DNA from: Candidatus Omnitrophota bacterium
Lineage (GTDB): Bacteria > Omnitrophota > Gorgyraeia > JAFGHF01
DNA length: 64,000 nt
Assembly (NCBI GenBank): GCA_020341815.1
Contig: CP070837.1
Location: 311,035 to 375,034 of the forward strand
Direction of reading: 5' to 3'
The translations under genes and the position numbers were made by a program. Shown here one piece after another: positions 47,928 to 57,823 of the stretch. The notes under the pieces are model-generated. The model had not been told where the DNA came from, ran no database searches, and worked only from the letters and a program-made list of their open reading frames with translations. Positions within the stretch are counted from its first letter, which is position 1; each line of letters opens with the position of its first letter.

Positions 47928-49022
47928 ATGAAGAAATTAAAAGTTAATTTAGGCGAAAGAAGCTATTCTATCATAATCGGCAAAGGGTGCCTGACTAAGC
48001 TAAAAGGTATTGTCAAAAAGCTTAAGCTTGGAAAGGTAATTGCGGTAGTTACCAATCCTACAATCAACCGCTTGCACGGGGCCCTGATGCAAAAGGCGCT
48101 TAGAGGTTCGGCGGCCGAGGTGCATTTTGTAGAGGTGCCCGATAGCGAGGAGAGTAAGTCCGCTCAAGTATGCATCAGTCTGATTGAAAGGTTTGCCGAG
48201 CTGGACAGGGGAAAGGGCTTGAGCCTGATTGCCTTTGGCGGAGGAGTGATTGGAGATTTGACCGGCTTTTGCGCCTCTGTTTACAGAAGGGGCATCCCTT
48301 ATATTCAGGTACCCACAACGTTGCTGGCCCAGGTAGATTCAAGCATCGGAGGCAAAACGGCTATCGATTTGGCCAGCGCAAAGAACCTGATTGGCTCTTT
48401 TTACCAGCCGCGCCTGGTCTTAAGCGAATTGCGCTTTTTAAGCTCGCTGCCCGAGGCCCAGATAAAAGAGGCCTTAGCGGAAATCATCAAATATGCAATT
48501 ATTGCCGATAGCCGGCTTTTTCAATTTTTAGAAAAAAATCTTGAAGCTATATTGGCGTTGGAGCAGAAAAAAATAGAATATATCGTAGAGACCTGCTGCC
48601 GGATTAAAGCAAATGTCGTAGAGCAGGACGAAACCGATAAAAAGGACAAAAGAATAATCTTGAATTTCGGACATACAACGGCTCATGCCCTGGAGGCAGC
48701 CGCCGGTTACGGAGAAGATTATACCCATGGCTATTCCGTAGCCTTAGGGATATTGGTGGCCTGTGAAATCGCAAGAGAATTAAAGCTGATTCATGGCAAA
48801 GCCGCAGAACGGATAGAAGCGCTTATTGCAAGGGCGGGGCTGCCCACTAAAATATCGCAGCTTAAGCTGGAGGATATCTTAAAAGCCCAGGCCCACGATA
48901 AAAAATTTATTGGCGGAAAAAATCGCTTTGTGCTGCCTTTGGCTATTGGCAAGACCGTGGTCAGGGAAAACGTATCTAAAACAACTATCGTAAAAGCGAT
49001 AAAATCAAAAATGGGGAGGTGA
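47928..49022 (+). CDS. aroB: 3-dehydroquinate synthase
   Basis: GGGVIGDL, PTTLLAQVDSSIGGKT and LNFGHT motifs. Confidence 0.98.
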   Translation: MKKLKVNLGERSYSIIIGKGCLTKLKGIVKKLKLGKVIAVVTNPTINRLHGALMQKALRGSAAEVHFVEVPDSEESKSAQVCISLIERFAELDRGKGLSLIAFGGGVIGDLTGFCASVYRRGIPYIQVPTTLLAQVDSSIGGKTAIDLASAKNLIGSFYQPRLVLSELRFLSSLPEAQIKEALAEIIKYAIIADSRLFQFLEKNLEAILALEQKKIEYIVETCCRIKANVVEQDETDKKDKRIILNFGHTTAHALEAAAGYGEDYTHGYSVALGILVACEIARELKLIHGKAAERIEALIARAGLPTKISQLKLEDILKAQAHDKKFIGGKNRFVLPLAIGKTVVRENVSKTTIVKAIKSKMGR

Positions 49023-49026
49023 AAGA

Positions 49027-49431
49027 ATGGCTAAGGTAAGGTTAGACAAGCAACTCATAGCGATAACCGAAAATAAGGTAGGTATGCTCGCTGAGGTAAG
49101 CTCGGCAGTATCGGCAACAGGAATAAATATTCAGGCTATTTGCGCTTACGCCATGGAGAATGAGGCCCATTTCATGCTGGTTACCGACAATAATCAAAAT
49201 GCCAAAGCGGCCCTGGAGGCAAAGGGATATAAGGTAAAGGAAGAGGATGCGGTGTTGGTGGAATTACCTAATCGTATTGGCGTGCTTCAGGAAATGGCAG
49301 AAAAATTAAAGGGAGAATCTATCAATCTGGAATATATTTACGGAACGACCTGCTCTGCTAAATGCGACTGCCTGCTAATATTCACTTCGGACAATAACGC
49401 CCGGGCAATAGAAGTGCTTAAGAAGGCTTGA
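49027..49431 (+). CDS. Tandem ACT domain protein
   Basis: ENKVGMLA and PNRIGVL ACT motifs. Confidence 0.85.
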   Translation: MAKVRLDKQLIAITENKVGMLAEVSSAVSATGINIQAICAYAMENEAHFMLVTDNNQNAKAALEAKGYKVKEEDAVLVELPNRIGVLQEMAEKLKGESINLEYIYGTTCSAKCDCLLIFTSDNNARAIEVLKKA

Positions 49432-49433
49432 TT

Positions 49434-49832
49434 TTACTTAATTTTGAGCTGGAACTCCGCCCCTTCAAAAGAAAGCTTGACGTAATTGGGCTGGATTTCT
49501 AAAAGCTTTGCCCCTTCAACAAAAGCACCTGTAGTCACTATCTGCTCATTAATTATAGCCAGGGGTTCTTCCGGGTCGTAAAGAATACCCGTCAATTGGA
49601 ATGTCGGAAGGTCCAGAGTAATAGTTACGTCTTCCGTTATCGGAACCGGCTTGAGCTCTTCGGCGGCATTAATTGTATCGGCAGGCCCTTTCAAAGAATT
49701 TGTTGCCAGGAAAAATCCCAACAAACAAATTACGCCTGTGCCTGTCCAGATAAGCCATCTTTTTAAGACAAATCTTTGAGTCTCTGTCCTGAACTCGTCC
49801 GTCCTTTTTAAGGCATCATTTATAATACTCAT
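49434..49832 (-). CDS. GspB/ExeB-like protein
   Basis: MSIINDALKR N-terminus, a TM segment and LTGILY...AIIN C-terminal domain; follows exeA. Confidence 0.75.
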   Translation of the reverse strand: MSIINDALKRTDEFRTETQRFVLKRWLIWTGTGVICLLGFFLATNSLKGPADTINAAEELKPVPITEDVTITLDLPTFQLTGILYDPEEPLAIINEQIVTTGAFVEGAKLLEIQPNYVKLSFEGAEFQLKIK

Positions 49833-49854
49833 TTAGCCTCACTCCTTTCCAGGC

Positions 49855-50652
49855 TTACAATTCTTCAATACATTCTTTAACAATTCCTGAAATAATACAT
49901 TTAGTCCTGCGCACAAAGGCGGCAAGAAGCGTCTTGTCACATAACATATTTATCAGCCGGGGAACGCCCTGGGAGTATTCATAGATTTTTTCAACTGCCT
50001 CCGCCGTAAACTCAACGGAATTAGTTGCGCCGGCCACAGACATCCTGTGATTGATATATTGATCTATTTCATTCTTATCCAGCGGTAAAATATGATAACG
50101 CACGCCGATCCTCTGGCGCAGCTGCATCAATCTCGGCAAGTTTAATTTATCCCGCAGCTCAGGTTGGCCCACCAAAACAATCTGCAGGAGTTTTTGCTTT
50201 TCCGTCTCCAGATTAGATAAAAGCCGTATCTGCTCAAGCAGGGAAGGCTTTAAGTTCTGGGCCTCATCAATAATCACGACCACGTTAGTCCTCCGGGGTA
50301 GCTGCCCAATAAGAAACTTATTCAATTGGCTTACCAAAGAACCCCCGGAAGACCTGCCGATATCAATTCCCAGGTCCTGCAATATGGTCTTTAGCAGCTG
50401 AAATTTGGAGAGGTCCGGATTTAAAATCAGGGCTGTCTTGGTGTCCTTATCCAGCGAATTCAATAATAGCTTGCAGAGGGTAGTTTTTCCGGTGCCTATT
50501 TCTCCGGTAATCTCCAGAAACCCCTTGCGCTCTTTGATTCCGTAAATAAGATGGGAGAAGGCCTCTTTGTGGCGCCGGCTGAAAAAAAGAAATGCCGGGT
50601 CTGCAGTTACATTGAAAGGCTTTTCCTTTAAGCCAAAATAGCTTTCATACAT
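49855..50652 (-). CDS. ExeA/GspA-family AAA ATPase
   Basis: MYESYFGLKEKPF, GEIGTGKT, IIDEAQNL, LVGQPEL and GVPRLIN motifs. Confidence 0.93.
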   Translation of the reverse strand: MYESYFGLKEKPFNVTADPAFLFFSRRHKEAFSHLIYGIKERKGFLEITGEIGTGKTTLCKLLLNSLDKDTKTALILNPDLSKFQLLKTILQDLGIDIGRSSGGSLVSQLNKFLIGQLPRRTNVVVIIDEAQNLKPSLLEQIRLLSNLETEKQKLLQIVLVGQPELRDKLNLPRLMQLRQRIGVRYHILPLDKNEIDQYINHRMSVAGATNSVEFTAEAVEKIYEYSQGVPRLINMLCDKTLLAAFVRRTKCIISGIVKECIEEL

Positions 50653-50682
50653 TTTTTCTCCTTATGAGACAAGTTATCTTTT

Positions 50683-50711
50683 AGTATACCACCGGCAATT
50701 TTTCTTGTAAA
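50683..50711 (-). promoter_or_regulatory. Sigma70-type promoter for exeA-exeB (divergent)
   Basis: On the minus strand, TTTACA-17 bp-TATACT with an extended TG motif. Confidence 0.65.
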
Positions 50712-50734
50712 GGGAAAATTAGCAAAAAGCTCTC

Positions 50735-50763
50735 TTGACAATGCCAAAAAATCATTGTAAGAT
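50735..50763 (+). promoter_or_regulatory. Sigma70-type promoter for dnaE
   Basis: TTGACA-17 bp-TAAGAT. Confidence 0.7.
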
Positions 50764-50773
50764 AGCCAGCGTA

Positions 50774-53700
50774 ATGAGCCAGCATTCCGATTTTGTCCAC
50801 TTGCATGTGCATACCCAATACAGCCTCTTAGACGGCGCCTGTAAGATTGAACCGCTTCTCAACTTAGCCAAAAACCTCCGTTTTCCGGCTCTGGCTATCA
50901 CCGACCACGGCAATCTATTCGGCGTTATAGAGTTTTACCGCCAGGCTATCGCCTGCGGTATAAAGCCGATTATCGGCTGTGAGGTCTATGTTGCGCCCCA
51001 GAGCCGTCTTGACAAGACCGCGCAGTTAGCCCAGGAAAATGCCTACCATTTAATTCTCTTAGCCAAAGACGATCGGGGATACAAAAACCTGATGAAGCTG
51101 GTAAGCGTGGGCTTCTTAGAGGGCTTCTATTACAAACCAAGGATAGATAAGGAAATCTTACGCCAGCACTCTCAAGGGCTAATAGCCTTGAGCGCCTGCC
51201 TGCAGGGGGAAATCCCCCGCCTGATCCTCGCCGGGCAAGAAGAGAAGGCCGGGCAATTAACCGGCCAATTCAATGACATCTTCGGCCCGGGAAATTTCTA
51301 TCTTGAATTACAAAACAATAAAATTCCCGAACAAAACAAGGTAAACAGGGCCCTGATAGACTTTAGCAAGAAACTTTCTATTCCTCTGGTAGCCACTAAT
51401 GATGTGCATTATCTTAATAAAAACGATGCCCGTTCGCATGAGGCGCTTCTGTGTATCCAGACCCAGACCATACTTTCCAATCCCCAGCGGCTCAGATTTT
51501 CCACGGATGAGTTTTATTTCAAAACCACTGCCCAGATGAAGGAGCTCTTTCAGGAAGTGCCCAGTGCCCTAAGCAATACGCTATCCATTGCCGAGAAGTG
51601 CAATCTGGAACTGGACTTCACCAAGACTTATCTTCCCCATTATGAGCCGCCCAAAGGAAAGACCAGGGAAGAATACCTGCGCCAATTATGCAACGAAGGC
51701 CTCAAGAAAAGATATGACGGCAAAATAGACAAGACCGTTACGGAACGGCTAAATCACGAGCTGGAGATTATTAAAAACTCAGGATACATAAGCTACTTTT
51801 TAATTGCCTGGGACTTTGTGCATTATGCAAAAGAAAAAGGTATATCTCACGGGCCCGGCCGGGGCTCGGCCGCAGGAAGCCTGGTCAGCTATGCCTTGGG
51901 GATTACCGACATTGACCCTTTAAGATACGGCCTGATATTTGAACGCTTTTTGAACCCCGAGCGGGTCAGCCTTCCCGATATAGATATAGATTTCTGCTAT
52001 GAGCGCAGAGGCGAAGTAATTGATTATGTAATCGAAAAATACGGAAAGCATAACGTTGCCCAGATAATCACCTTCGGCACGATGGGGGCAAAGGCAGTAG
52101 TGCGCGATGTGGGCAGGGTTATGGGCATAAGCTATGGCGAGGTAGACAGAATCGCCAAGCTAATCCCCAACGATTTGAACATTACCTTGGGAGCTGCTCT
52201 TCAGACCGAGCCGGAACTAAAGCTGCTTTATAAAGAAAATCCCCAGGTAAAAGAACTTCTGGATACGTCTTTGGCGCTGGAAGGCTTGACGCGTCATGCC
52301 TCAACGCATGCTGCCGGAGTAGTAATCGGACAAGGCGCGCTCACCGACTATATTCCTCTTTTTAAAACCAGTGACGGACAGATTACCACCGGCGTAGCCA
52401 TGGGGTCTTTAGAAAAAATCGGCCTTTTAAAAATGGATTTTCTGGGCCTGCGCACACTGACTGTAATCGATGAAACGCTCAAGATAATTAAGCGAATGAA
52501 GGGCGAGGAATTAAAGATAGAAGAGATTTCCCTGGAGGACGAAAAGACCTATCAAATGCTTCATCAGGCCCAGACGGCGGGAATATTTCAGCTGGAAAGT
52601 CGAGGCATGCGTGACCTGCTCAAAAAATTGAAACCGGAAAAATTCGAAGATCTCCTGGCCCTTTTAGCCATATACCGCCCCGGGCCTATCGGAAGCGGTA
52701 TGGTGGATGATTTTATCAAACGAAAACACGGACAACACCCCATTGTTTATGACGACAAACGCCTGGAGCCCATCCTGCGGGAAACCTACGGAATAATTAT
52801 TTTTCAGGAGCAGGTAATGCGCATTGCCAGCGTCCTTGCGGGATTCAGCCTAAGCCAAGCCGATATCCTAAGAAGAGCGATGAGCAAAAAAGAAAGCGAG
52901 GTTATGGAGGAGCAGAGAAAGTATTTTGTTGACGGCTGTGCCAAAAAGGGAATAAGCAAAAGGGTGGCTGAGAAAATCTTCAACCAGATAGAATATTTTG
53001 CCGGTTACGGATTCAATAAATCTCATTCGGCGGCTTACGCGATGATCAGCTATCGCACAGCCTACCTTAAAGCAAATTTTCCTGTTGAGTTTATGACGGC
53101 CCTGTTGACCTCAGAACGCGACAATACCGATAAAATCGTCGCCTACATCAACGAAGCAAATAAAATGGGCATAGAGATTTTATCTCCCGATGCAAATGAA
53201 AGCTTCGCCCAGTTTACTATGGTCTCTGAAAAATCTATCCGCTTTGGTCTTTCAGCAGTAAAAAACGTGGGGCAGGGGGCAATAGATTCTATTGTCCGGG
53301 CAAGAAATAAGTACGGAAGATTTAATTCCCTGCATGAATTTTGCGAATATACGGATTCGCGCCTGGTAAATAAAAAGGTTATTGAAAGCCTGATTAAATG
53401 CGGGGCATTTGACAGCCTGGGTCTTTTTCGCGCGCAGCTTCTGAGTATGCTGGAGAAGGCAATGGAAACTGCCCAGGGCCTGCAGAAAGACAGACAAAAC
53501 GGACAACTCTCCTTCTTTGACCGCAGCCATCAAAACCAGACATTCAAAAAGAACCTTTATGAGATACCGGATATCCCGGAATGGCCGGAAAATCAACTGC
53601 TGGCCTTCGAGAAACAGATGCTGGGTTTCTATACCAGCGGACATCCTCTGGCTAAGTATTCTACGACCTTAAAAAATTATGTCACCCACTCCACCCAGGA

Positions 53701-54229
53701 ACTCGCCAATCTTCAAGAAACGGAAGAAATCTATATCGGCGGGATAATCAATAAGCTCAAAAATATCACCACAAAGAAAAATGAGAGGATGGCTATTTTG
53801 AGCCTGGAAGACCTTGACGGCTTTACAGAGGTCCTGGTATTCCCCAGGGTCTTTTCGCAATCTCTCAAGGTAATGAAGATGAACGCAACGGTTCTCATCA
53901 AAGGCAAGTTCAATCTGCGCGACCGCGACAAAGACACCAAAATTGTTGCGGAGGAGATAATCCCTCTGGCGGAAGCCCAGAAGCGTTACACCAAGGCTAT
54001 TGTTATAAACCTCTTTACCCCCGGCCTGGAAGAGGCAGTGCTTAAGCGGCTTAAGGACATTCTTAAGCAGCACAAGGGAGAAGCGCCTGTAAGCTTAAGT
54101 TTCAGCAGTCCCGACAATCAACGGGTGCAACTCCTAATCAGTCCCGAATATTACGCCGAACCCTCCGAAAAACTCATTTCCGAAATCGAAGCTGTCTTGG
54201 GAGAAGGGGTAGTCACTCTAAAGAAATAG
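50774..54229 (+). CDS. dnaE: DNA polymerase III subunit alpha
   Basis: PHP domain FVHLHVHTQYSLLDG, GRGSAAGS, PDIDIDF and FNKSHS motifs. Start reassigned to ATG 50774. Confidence 0.99.
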   Translation: MSQHSDFVHLHVHTQYSLLDGACKIEPLLNLAKNLRFPALAITDHGNLFGVIEFYRQAIACGIKPIIGCEVYVAPQSRLDKTAQLAQENAYHLILLAKDDRGYKNLMKLVSVGFLEGFYYKPRIDKEILRQHSQGLIALSACLQGEIPRLILAGQEEKAGQLTGQFNDIFGPGNFYLELQNNKIPEQNKVNRALIDFSKKLSIPLVATNDVHYLNKNDARSHEALLCIQTQTILSNPQRLRFSTDEFYFKTTAQMKELFQEVPSALSNTLSIAEKCNLELDFTKTYLPHYEPPKGKTREEYLRQLCNEGLKKRYDGKIDKTVTERLNHELEIIKNSGYISYFLIAWDFVHYAKEKGISHGPGRGSAAGSLVSYALGITDIDPLRYGLIFERFLNPERVSLPDIDIDFCYERRGEVIDYVIEKYGKHNVAQIITFGTMGAKAVVRDVGRVMGISYGEVDRIAKLIPNDLNITLGAALQTEPELKLLYKENPQVKELLDTSLALEGLTRHASTHAAGVVIGQGALTDYIPLFKTSDGQITTGVAMGSLEKIGLLKMDFLGLRTLTVIDETLKIIKRMKGEELKIEEISLEDEKTYQMLHQAQTAGIFQLESRGMRDLLKKLKPEKFEDLLALLAIYRPGPIGSGMVDDFIKRKHGQHPIVYDDKRLEPILRETYGIIIFQEQVMRIASVLAGFSLSQADILRRAMSKKESEVMEEQRKYFVDGCAKKGISKRVAEKIFNQIEYFAGYGFNKSHSAAYAMISYRTAYLKANFPVEFMTALLTSERDNTDKIVAYINEANKMGIEILSPDANESFAQFTMVSEKSIRFGLSAVKNVGQGAIDSIVRARNKYGRFNSLHEFCEYTDSRLVNKKVIESLIKCGAFDSLGLFRAQLLSMLEKAMETAQGLQKDRQNGQLSFFDRSHQNQTFKKNLYEIPDIPEWPENQLLAFEKQMLGFYTSGHPLAKYSTTLKNYVTHSTQELANLQETEEIYIGGIINKLKNITTKKNERMAILSLEDLDGFTEVLVFPRVFSQSLKVMKMNATVLIKGKFNLRDRDKDTKIVAEEIIPLAEAQKRYTKAIVINLFTPGLEEAVLKRLKDILKQHKGEAPVSLSFSSPDNQRVQLLISPEYYAEPSEKLISEIEAVLGEGVVTLKK

Positions 54230-54237
54230 AGAAGTGC

Positions 54238-54266
54238 TTGACAGCTTATCCTTTTAATGCTATATT
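54238..54266 (+). promoter_or_regulatory. Sigma70-type promoter for the HU-hisS-aspS operon
   Basis: TTGACA-17 bp-TATATT with an extended TG motif. Confidence 0.75.
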
Positions 54267-54316
54267 ATTCAAGTCTTGCGATTACTTAGACTTAAGGAAA
54301 GGTGGTGAAGCAGGAA

Positions 54317-54589
54317 ATGACCAAAAAAGAGATAGTTTTAAAGATTGCTGAAGAGACCAAAATTAAACAGGCGGATGTAAAAAAGGTGGTCCAGAAGACA
54401 CTGGAAGAAATCGTAGTGGCTCTGGCTAAAGGCGAGCGAGTGGAGCTGAGGAATTTCGGTATCTTCAAGGTCAAGTCCAGACAGGGCCGAACAGGGAGGA
54501 ACCCCCGCACAGGAGCAGCAGTCCCTGTACCGCCCAAAAAGGTGGCCGTATTTAAACCGGGCCTGATTATGAAACGGGAGATAAAATAA
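54317..54589 (+). CDS. HU/IHF family DNA-binding protein
   Basis: MTKKEIV, VELRNFGIF, GRNPRTG and FKPG motifs. Confidence 0.96.
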   Translation: MTKKEIVLKIAEETKIKQADVKKVVQKTLEEIVVALAKGERVELRNFGIFKVKSRQGRTGRNPRTGAAVPVPPKKVAVFKPGLIMKREIK

Positions 54590-54601
54590 AGCCGATAAGC
54601 T

Positions 54602-55843
54602 ATGCAGATAAAAGCTATTAGGGGAACAAAAGATATCCTCCCGCAGGATTCCCGACTTTGGCGCTCCATAGAAGAAAAAGCCAAAAATTTATCCGAAGTC
54701 TACGGCTACCGCCAAATCCGCACTCCTATCCTGGAAGAGGCGCGCCTTTTCGTGCGCAGCATCGGCAAATCTTCCGATATTGTGCGCAAGGAAATGTATG
54801 CCTTTTTAGACCGCAAAAAAAGGCTCTTGTGTCTGCGCCCGGAAGCTACCGCCTCGGTAGTCAGGGCCTACCTGGAACACGGCTTCGATAAAACTATATC
54901 TCTGGCCAAATTCTATTATCTCGGTCCGATGTTCAGGGCCGAGAGACCCCAGGCAGGAAGACTGCGCCAGTTTTATCATATCGGGGTAGAGGCCATTGGT
55001 TCGGCAAGTCCTTATTTAGATGCGGAAGTAATATCGCTTGCGGTAAGGATGTTAGAGGGAATCGGACTGCAGGGATTTGCGCTGCACCTAAACAGTATCG
55101 GCTGTCAAAAAGACAGGCAGAAATATAAAACTAATTTAAAGGCGGCATTAAAAAATAAATTAAAATCTCTGTGTGCGGATTGCCGCGCCCGCTATAAAGT
55201 AAACCCGCTGCGTGTCTTTGACTGCAAAAATCCTCACTGCAAAGAAATAATCAATTCTCTGCCGAAAGTAGCCGCATCCCTCTGCCGGGAATGCCAGGAT
55301 CATTTCTCTAAAGTCAAACTGGCCTTAGAATCTTTAAATATCGATTACGCTTTTAGTCCGCACCTGGTGCGCGGGCTTGATTATTATACCAAGACCTGTT
55401 TTGAGATAACCCATCCCCAGCTGGGCGCGCAAAACGCCGTGGGGGCCGGGGGCAGATACGATGATTTAGTCAGCGACCTCGGCGGCCCGCAAAAGCCTGC
55501 GGTAGGTTTTTCTCTTGGCGTAGAGCGGGTAATTGCCGCATTAGGGCCGCAAAAAACCGAGGCAATTCCGCCAAAATTGTATATGGCTGCCATAGGAGAA
55601 GAAGCCAAGCGAACTGCTTTTAAAGTATTAGACTCCCTGCGGGCAAAAGGTATAGCAGCCACCGCAGGCTATCAGGATAGCTCCTTAAAGGCGCAGATGC
55701 GCCAGGCAGATAAACTGGGAGCCAGATATGTAACTATCCTGGGCAGCGAAGAGCTAACTAAAAAAACAATAATCCTGCGGGATATGCAAAACAAAACTCA
55801 AGAAGAGATCCCGATTAACAAACTATTTGAGGAATTAAAATAA
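54602..55843 (+). CDS. hisS: Histidine--tRNA ligase
   Basis: RGTKD, LRPEATA, FRAERPQAGR, LVRGLDYY and GGRYD motifs. Confidence 0.99.
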   Translation: MQIKAIRGTKDILPQDSRLWRSIEEKAKNLSEVYGYRQIRTPILEEARLFVRSIGKSSDIVRKEMYAFLDRKKRLLCLRPEATASVVRAYLEHGFDKTISLAKFYYLGPMFRAERPQAGRLRQFYHIGVEAIGSASPYLDAEVISLAVRMLEGIGLQGFALHLNSIGCQKDRQKYKTNLKAALKNKLKSLCADCRARYKVNPLRVFDCKNPHCKEIINSLPKVAASLCRECQDHFSKVKLALESLNIDYAFSPHLVRGLDYYTKTCFEITHPQLGAQNAVGAGGRYDDLVSDLGGPQKPAVGFSLGVERVIAALGPQKTEAIPPKLYMAAIGEEAKRTAFKVLDSLRAKGIAATAGYQDSSLKAQMRQADKLGARYVTILGSEELTKKTIILRDMQNKTQEEIPINKLFEELK

Positions 55844-57243
55844 TGTTGCGCACACACAGCTGTGGAGAGCTAAACGAAAAAAATATAGGCAGTGAAGTAA
55901 CGCTTTGCGGCTGGGTTCATGCTAGACGCGACCACGGAAATATAGTCTTCATCGACCTGCGCGACAAAAGCGGCTTAACCCAGATTGTCTTTTGGGGCAA
56001 AGAACTTGTCCGGCAGATTGCCGAGTTAAGATCTGAATATGTGATATTGATAAAAGGCAAGGTCAATCCCCGGCCCAAAGGAACAGAGAATCCTAAGATA
56101 CCCACAGGTTTGGTTGAGGTTGGCGTCTCCGAATGCGAAATCCTAAACCCCTCTAAGGCAATCCCTTTTGAGATTGCCAAAGACATAGAGGCAACCGAAG
56201 AACTAAGGTTTACCTATCGCTATCTTGACCTGAGAAGGCCGGGAGTCAGCCAAAACCTTATATTGAGACATAAAATCGTTAAAGCGATGAGGGACTTTCT
56301 GGATAAGCAAGAGTTTATCGAGGTGGAAACGCCTCTTTTAACCAAAAGCACGCCTGAGGGGGCAAGGGACTATCTGGTTGCCTCGCGCCTGAATACGGGT
56401 AAATTTTATGCCCTGCCGCAGTCGCCGCAGTTATTCAAACAGATTTTAATGATTTCGGGGCTGGAAAAATATTTCCAGATTAGCAAGTGTCTCAGGGATG
56501 AAGACCTGCGCGCAGACAGGCAGCCGGAATTCACCCAGCTGGATATAGAGATGTCTTTTATTGAAGAGGAAGGCATTTTTTCTCTGATTGAAGAATTGTT
56601 GAAATATATCTTTGATAAAGTCTTGAATATTTCTCTGGAAATTCCTTTCTCCCGATTGACTTACAGAGAAGCACAGGAAAAATACGCTACCGACAAACCC
56701 GACTTAAGGGGGGAGAAAAAAGAGGGCTTTAAGTTTATCTGGATTAATGAGTTTCCTCTTTTTAAATACAATGAAGAAGAAAAGAGATGGGATTCCGAAC
56801 ACCATCCTTTTACCGCGCCTGCAGGCGCCGAACTACTATCTAAAACCAGGGAATTGGGTAAAATTTCCGCCCGGGCATATGATTTGGTGCTCAATGGCGT
56901 AGAAATCGCTTCAGGCAGCATACGAATACATCAAAGGGCGCTTCAAGAGGAAATACTCAAGATTCTCAAAATAGACAAAAAAGAGGCCAGGGCGCGTTTC
57001 GGCTTTTTATTGCGGGCGCTGGATTACGGGGCGCCTCCCCATGGCGGAATTGCCCTGGGGCTGGACAGATTTATCGCCCTTTTAAGAAACCAGACGAGTA
57101 TCAGGGAAGTAATTGCTTTTCCTAAGACACAAAAGGGGGTCTGTCCCTTAACAGGTGCGCCTTCCGATGTATCCGCAGCACAATTAAAAGAATTAGGATT
57201 GAGTATTAAGAAACCGAAAAAGAAAAGGAGGGGGGTAAGATGA
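55843..57243 (+). CDS. aspS: Aspartate--tRNA ligase (bacterial type, lacking the GAD insertion)
   Basis: RTHSCG, RYLDLR, STPEGARD, LPQSPQLFKQ, DEDLRADRQPEF and GAPPHGG motifs. Confidence 0.97.
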   Translation: MLRTHSCGELNEKNIGSEVTLCGWVHARRDHGNIVFIDLRDKSGLTQIVFWGKELVRQIAELRSEYVILIKGKVNPRPKGTENPKIPTGLVEVGVSECEILNPSKAIPFEIAKDIEATEELRFTYRYLDLRRPGVSQNLILRHKIVKAMRDFLDKQEFIEVETPLLTKSTPEGARDYLVASRLNTGKFYALPQSPQLFKQILMISGLEKYFQISKCLRDEDLRADRQPEFTQLDIEMSFIEEEGIFSLIEELLKYIFDKVLNISLEIPFSRLTYREAQEKYATDKPDLRGEKKEGFKFIWINEFPLFKYNEEEKRWDSEHHPFTAPAGAELLSKTRELGKISARAYDLVLNGVEIASGSIRIHQRALQEEILKILKIDKKEARARFGFLLRALDYGAPPHGGIALGLDRFIALLRNQTSIREVIAFPKTQKGVCPLTGAPSDVSAAQLKELGLSIKKPKKKRRGVR

Positions 57244-57818
57244 AAAAGCATACCTTGATGATGACGCTTCTATTGGGATTTATCTGCATCCAGATGACTG
57301 GATGCGCCAGAAATGTACGCACTACCACTCTGCACAAACCCAGGGCAGACCAGGAGGTTTCCGGAAATCGCGGATTTGTCTCCGGGGAAGCAACGGATGC
57401 TCCAAAAGAACCTGCATTTACAGAGAGAAAAGTCTACCAGCTTGAAGTAGAATTGCCGCAGTGGGGACAAAGAAACGCAGAGGCAGCAGAAAAGACTTCG
57501 GATAGTGCTCTTTGGGGGAACAGGGGATATATTTTCGGCGGGCCTTATGAGAGAGAAAAAGCCGTGATACAAGAAACGCCGATTACGAAATTCAAGGAAA
57601 AAGTATCTGAAATATTTAAACCTGAACCAGTGACTCAAAAATGCACTTACAAAACCAGAAAGGGTGACACCCTGCAGAAGATTTCGCAAAAGTTCTATGG
57701 CACAACCAGAAAATGGACTCTACTCTATCAGGCCAACAGAGATAAGTTAGAGAGCCCGGATGAGCTTTATCCCGGACAGGTCCTGGTTATTCCTGAAGTA
57801 AAAGAATATAAAAAATAA
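57240..57818 (+). CDS. LysM domain lipoprotein
   Basis: Lipobox MTGC and C-terminal LysM (KGDTLQKISQKFYG...LYPGQVLVIP). Confidence 0.85.
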   Translation: MKKHTLMMTLLLGFICIQMTGCARNVRTTTLHKPRADQEVSGNRGFVSGEATDAPKEPAFTERKVYQLEVELPQWGQRNAEAAEKTSDSALWGNRGYIFGGPYEREKAVIQETPITKFKEKVSEIFKPEPVTQKCTYKTRKGDTLQKISQKFYGTTRKWTLLYQANRDKLESPDELYPGQVLVIPEVKEYKK

Positions 57819-57823
57819 CCTTA

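Noticed and set aside
50774-54229. Intein or split in dnaE
   Set aside because: Length (about 1150 aa) and motif order are normal, with no insertion evident.
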